NCBI GenBank assembly: GCA_963693365.1
Contig: CAVNZM010000006.1
Location: forward strand, 5,993,264-6,057,263
DNA from: Amoebidium appalachense
Lineage: Eukaryota; Protista; Ichthyosporea
DNA length: 64,000 nt
Direction: 5' to 3'
This document shows positions 50,774 through 64,000 of this stretch, piece by piece (positions within the stretch are counted from its first letter, which is position 1; every line of letters begins with the position of its first letter). The position numbers and the translations under genes were made by a program. The notes beneath the pieces were generated by a model. That model was not told the origin of the DNA and ran no database searches. It saw only the letters and a list, made by a program, of their open reading frames with translations.

Positions 50774-51086
50774 CTTTTTTGGTTTGGTCCCCTTGAAAAT
50801 AGTATGTTTTTATTTTTATTTGAATCAAATACTTATTGATTTCCTCTAACACGTACTGACGTGTTGCCGCACGTGCGACGTTTTAACATCTACTCAGGCG
50901 GTCCCTTTTAAGTAAAAAAAAAAAAAAAAAAAAAAAAGAAAGAAAGAAAGGAGACACCGCCTCAGTAGGTGGTAGTGATTTCCTCTATATTTACTTATTT
51001 AGCGGGTTGGGGAGGAGGGGAGGGGGTGGGTGGGGGGGGGGACTTGATGTACTAAATGCTAGACTTTCAAGTATTGATTTAGATTT

Positions 51087-51165
<79 letters not shown>

Positions 51166-51456
51166 CACACACACACACACATAGGCTTTCACGCTTTCAG
51201 CTTCTTCTTTTTTTTTTTTTTTTCAAAGTTTTTTTTTTTTTTTTCCCGAATTTCCCTTTTTTTTTTTTTTCACCATCTCAAAAAGGAACTAGTATAAGTA
51301 TTCTTTGTTTATTCATTCATTTGATCGAATTGTTATTTGTTTACTACTATATTTATGTCATTTAGCGGTTTGCGGATTCCCCCGCCCGATGGAGAGGCCC
51401 AGTGTGGCCTCCTGGGCGGGCGGGACCGGATCCGGAGGGGCGGGCGGGCGGGCGGG

Positions 51457-51490
<34 letters not shown>

Positions 51491-51598
51491 AACATAATCG
51501 AGACGGGCTCTGGGAGCCTATTTTTAGATACTAATTAAAATTTAACATAACGACCTCGACCCTTGTCGGGGCGGTATGTTATGCGTGGACGCATACTG
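49872..51598. mobile_element. Non-autonomous Tc1/mariner/pogo-type DNA transposon (1727 bp) with cargo ORF
   Basis: Perfect 25-bp TIR CAGTATGCGTCCACGCATAACATAC (49872-49896) and its reverse complement (51574-51598). TA flanks both ends (49870-71, 51599-600). No DDE/DDD transposase ORF inside. Confidence 0.85.
50288..50911 (+). CDS. Small Ala/Thr/Gln/Asn-rich alpha-helical protein of unknown function (~127 aa) inside the TIR element
   Basis: Complex, non-repetitive ORF from ATG 50288 to a donor at 50657 (G|gtgtgt). Branch-like tactgac and acceptor tcag|50898 give ...LPLTRVGGPF*. An in-frame ATG|gtatgc micro-exon at 50140-50142 spliced to 50261 is also possible. Confidence 0.6.
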
Positions 51599-51940
51599 TA
51601 TGTATGTACACACGTGCACAACGAAACAGCAATGCAAACAGCCAGATCATGTATGATAGGTCATTGAATGTTCCTACCTTTTTATTGTTTATGTTCCTAC
51701 TTTCTTTGTATATTATATTCACTTTTTTTTAATTGTTTGTATTGCTACTTTTTTTGTATACAGTAAGTGTAGTTCTATGCTAGAACTAATGTAAGTCACA
51801 AGTATCACCGAACTCCGTGCGTGACCGTTTCAGCGGCTGCTTCAGCCGAGCTGTGTTGGAGATAGGTTTGACGATGGAAGCCCCTAGGTACAGGGAGTTT
51901 GCTAACATAATCTTCCCCCCCCCCCCCCTCCCCCCCCCTC

Positions 51941-51973
<33 letters not shown>

Positions 51974-52284
51974 CAAAAAAACAAAGAAAACAAAAACAAA
52001 TATTTGATAACATAATTTACCCGGAAACACCTAAACCCCAAAACCTTAATCCTACGTGTGTCTGGGCCAAAAAAGAAAGGGGGGAGGGGGGGGGGGGGGG
52101 GGGGGCGGGGTAACTCCTGACGGTTCCCTTAATTTTGTCGCTTGCAAATGGGGATCGAATCGTTTTCCCCGGATTTCAACTCACCGGATCGTGTTTGGTC
52201 CAATCATGTGCGAGGGGACTGCCGTTGTATTGCCCTGAGTGGCTGTGTTGTCATGATCACATGTACAGTATAGGATGTATTCTA

Positions 52285-52815
52285 TTTATGACTTAAGAGA
52301 CATATCACAAATTTAAATACCCCAAATATATTCATGCCAAACTTCAATCTAATCATATCCCGGGAATACTCATCTCAAACTTCGATTTCAAGTTCAACAT
52401 GCAAGATATCACAGATACCCCGGGAACATTCATTTCAAACTCCAATTTAAACATATCCGGGGAATATTCATTTAAAATTCGATTTATTGAACAACAGATA
52501 CCCCGGGAATATTCATTTCAAAGGCTCCAATCAAATCATCCTGGAAATATTCATTTCAAATTTTCGATGTATTCAACAAGCGAGATATCACAGATACCCC
52601 GGGGATATTGATTTCAAACTCTATTTAATCACATCACGGAATATTCATTTCAAATTTCGATTTATTCAACAAGCGTGATATCACAGATATACCGGGAACA
52701 TGCATTTCAAACTTCGATTTATTCAACAAGCGAGATATCACAGACACCCGCAGAATACCATTTCAAACCCCAATTTGATCATATCCCGGGAATATCATTT
52801 CAATTTTCGATATAC
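52285..52815. repeat. Diverged AT-rich tandem repeat array (alternating subunits around cccgggaatattcatttcaaa)
   Basis: About 12 imperfect copies of (g)ataycc(c)gggaatattcatttcaaa, followed by either cttcgatttattcaacaagcgagatatcaca or ctccaatttaa. Confidence 0.85.
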
Positions 52816-53161
52816 TCTGGACGAAACTATTGAACATGTCCCACCCGTTCATTCATGACGGCCCTAAGCCTTGGCAAGTCTGCCTTGGTCGCAGTGATAT
52901 TGGAGCAATAAACCGAGAAAAAATCACAGTTTAGAATCACTGAACTGAGTTGGATATTTGTTAGGTTAAACGCTAATATGACGCCCACGTCCTTCATGCG
53001 TTCACATGCTATACAGGCCCAGATTCATACAAACCGGTGCACGTGGGTTGCCAGTACACACGTACAATGCATGAATTACGGATATAATATATCCAGTGAC
53101 CTTATTAAACCACAAATCCTGAACCCAATATTATTATTAATGCCTGGTAATTCTGACCACT

Positions 53162-63215
<10,054 letters not shown>

Positions 63216-63236
63216 CTGTGTATATGTGTGTGTGTC

Positions 63237-63286
<50 letters not shown>

Positions 63287-63287
63287 C

Positions 63288-63399
<112 letters not shown>

Positions 63400-64000
63400 T
63401 GTTGTGTGTGTGTTGTGTGTGTGTGCGTGTGTGCATGTGTGGGCATGTGTATGTGTGTGTGTGTGTTCGCGCACGCACACTGGTGTGTTGCCGGGGAGGA
63501 GGGTGTTAGTAACAACGGCAGCTAACAATCAGACGGTAGCAAAATAGAAATCCGATGAGAAGGGAATGGTTAATAGGCAATACTAAAATGTTTCCAAATG
63601 GAGGATATCTTTTAATCACTTACTTAGAATATTTTATCTTCAACTCTTAGGTTTCCGGGTAACAGGGTTTTAAAAGCTCTCTAATCAACTGGGTTTTCCC
63701 TGCCACAGCTTAAATGCTCAGTAGGGCTGTGCAGGACTCGAATATGGGTTTGATTGGGGGTGGGTTTGCAATTCGGGTGAATGTATATGCTAATATACTA
63801 CGTGCAACACCTTGTGTCAACAACAATGTGCACTCCTTTCTTTTGTGTGTATGTGTTTGGGGGGGGGGGGGGGGGGGGGGGGGGAGGGGGAGAGGGGGGG
63901 GGTTGTGGATGGGTGGGTGAATAGAATAAAGGCAGTGTTGGCGGCACGTGCGCGTATAGGTGTCTGCATTTGTGTGTGTGGGGTGCGGCAAGAAGCGGGA

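Overview
Intron-rich eukaryotic genomic DNA. A unicellular opisthokont or other protist is my guess from gene content only. Introns are filled with poly-C/poly-A and (CA)n/(CT)n tracts, so nearly all ORF-track entries are microsatellite noise. Manual splicing with phase checks gives five main genes. (1) An intronless secreted Tyr/Gly/Lys/Asn/Asp-rich repeat protein (1744-3108 +). (2) An 8-exon DGAT2/MOGAT-family acyltransferase (-). (3) An 8-exon DRAM/TMEM150-family membrane protein (+). (4) A 31-exon, ~2190-aa type I membrane protein (26407-48371 +) with a ZP-C-like module, a beta-gamma-crystallin domain, 15 one-exon cbEGF repeats, Cys-rich repeats, a bacterial-like beta-sandwich, a furin site and a TM helix; one of its introns holds tRNA-Thr(AGT). 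(5) The 3' part of a WD40 gene (-). The window also has a 1.73-kb TA-flanked TIR element carrying a spliced non-transposase ORF, other MITE-like elements and minisatellites. Top leads are the apparently split ZP-like domain with a ~1150-aa modular insert, the cargo-carrying transposon, the RYGK-repeat prohormone-like protein, and the strand-polarised C/A-rich intron architecture. Domain assignments come from motif recall, not database searches.
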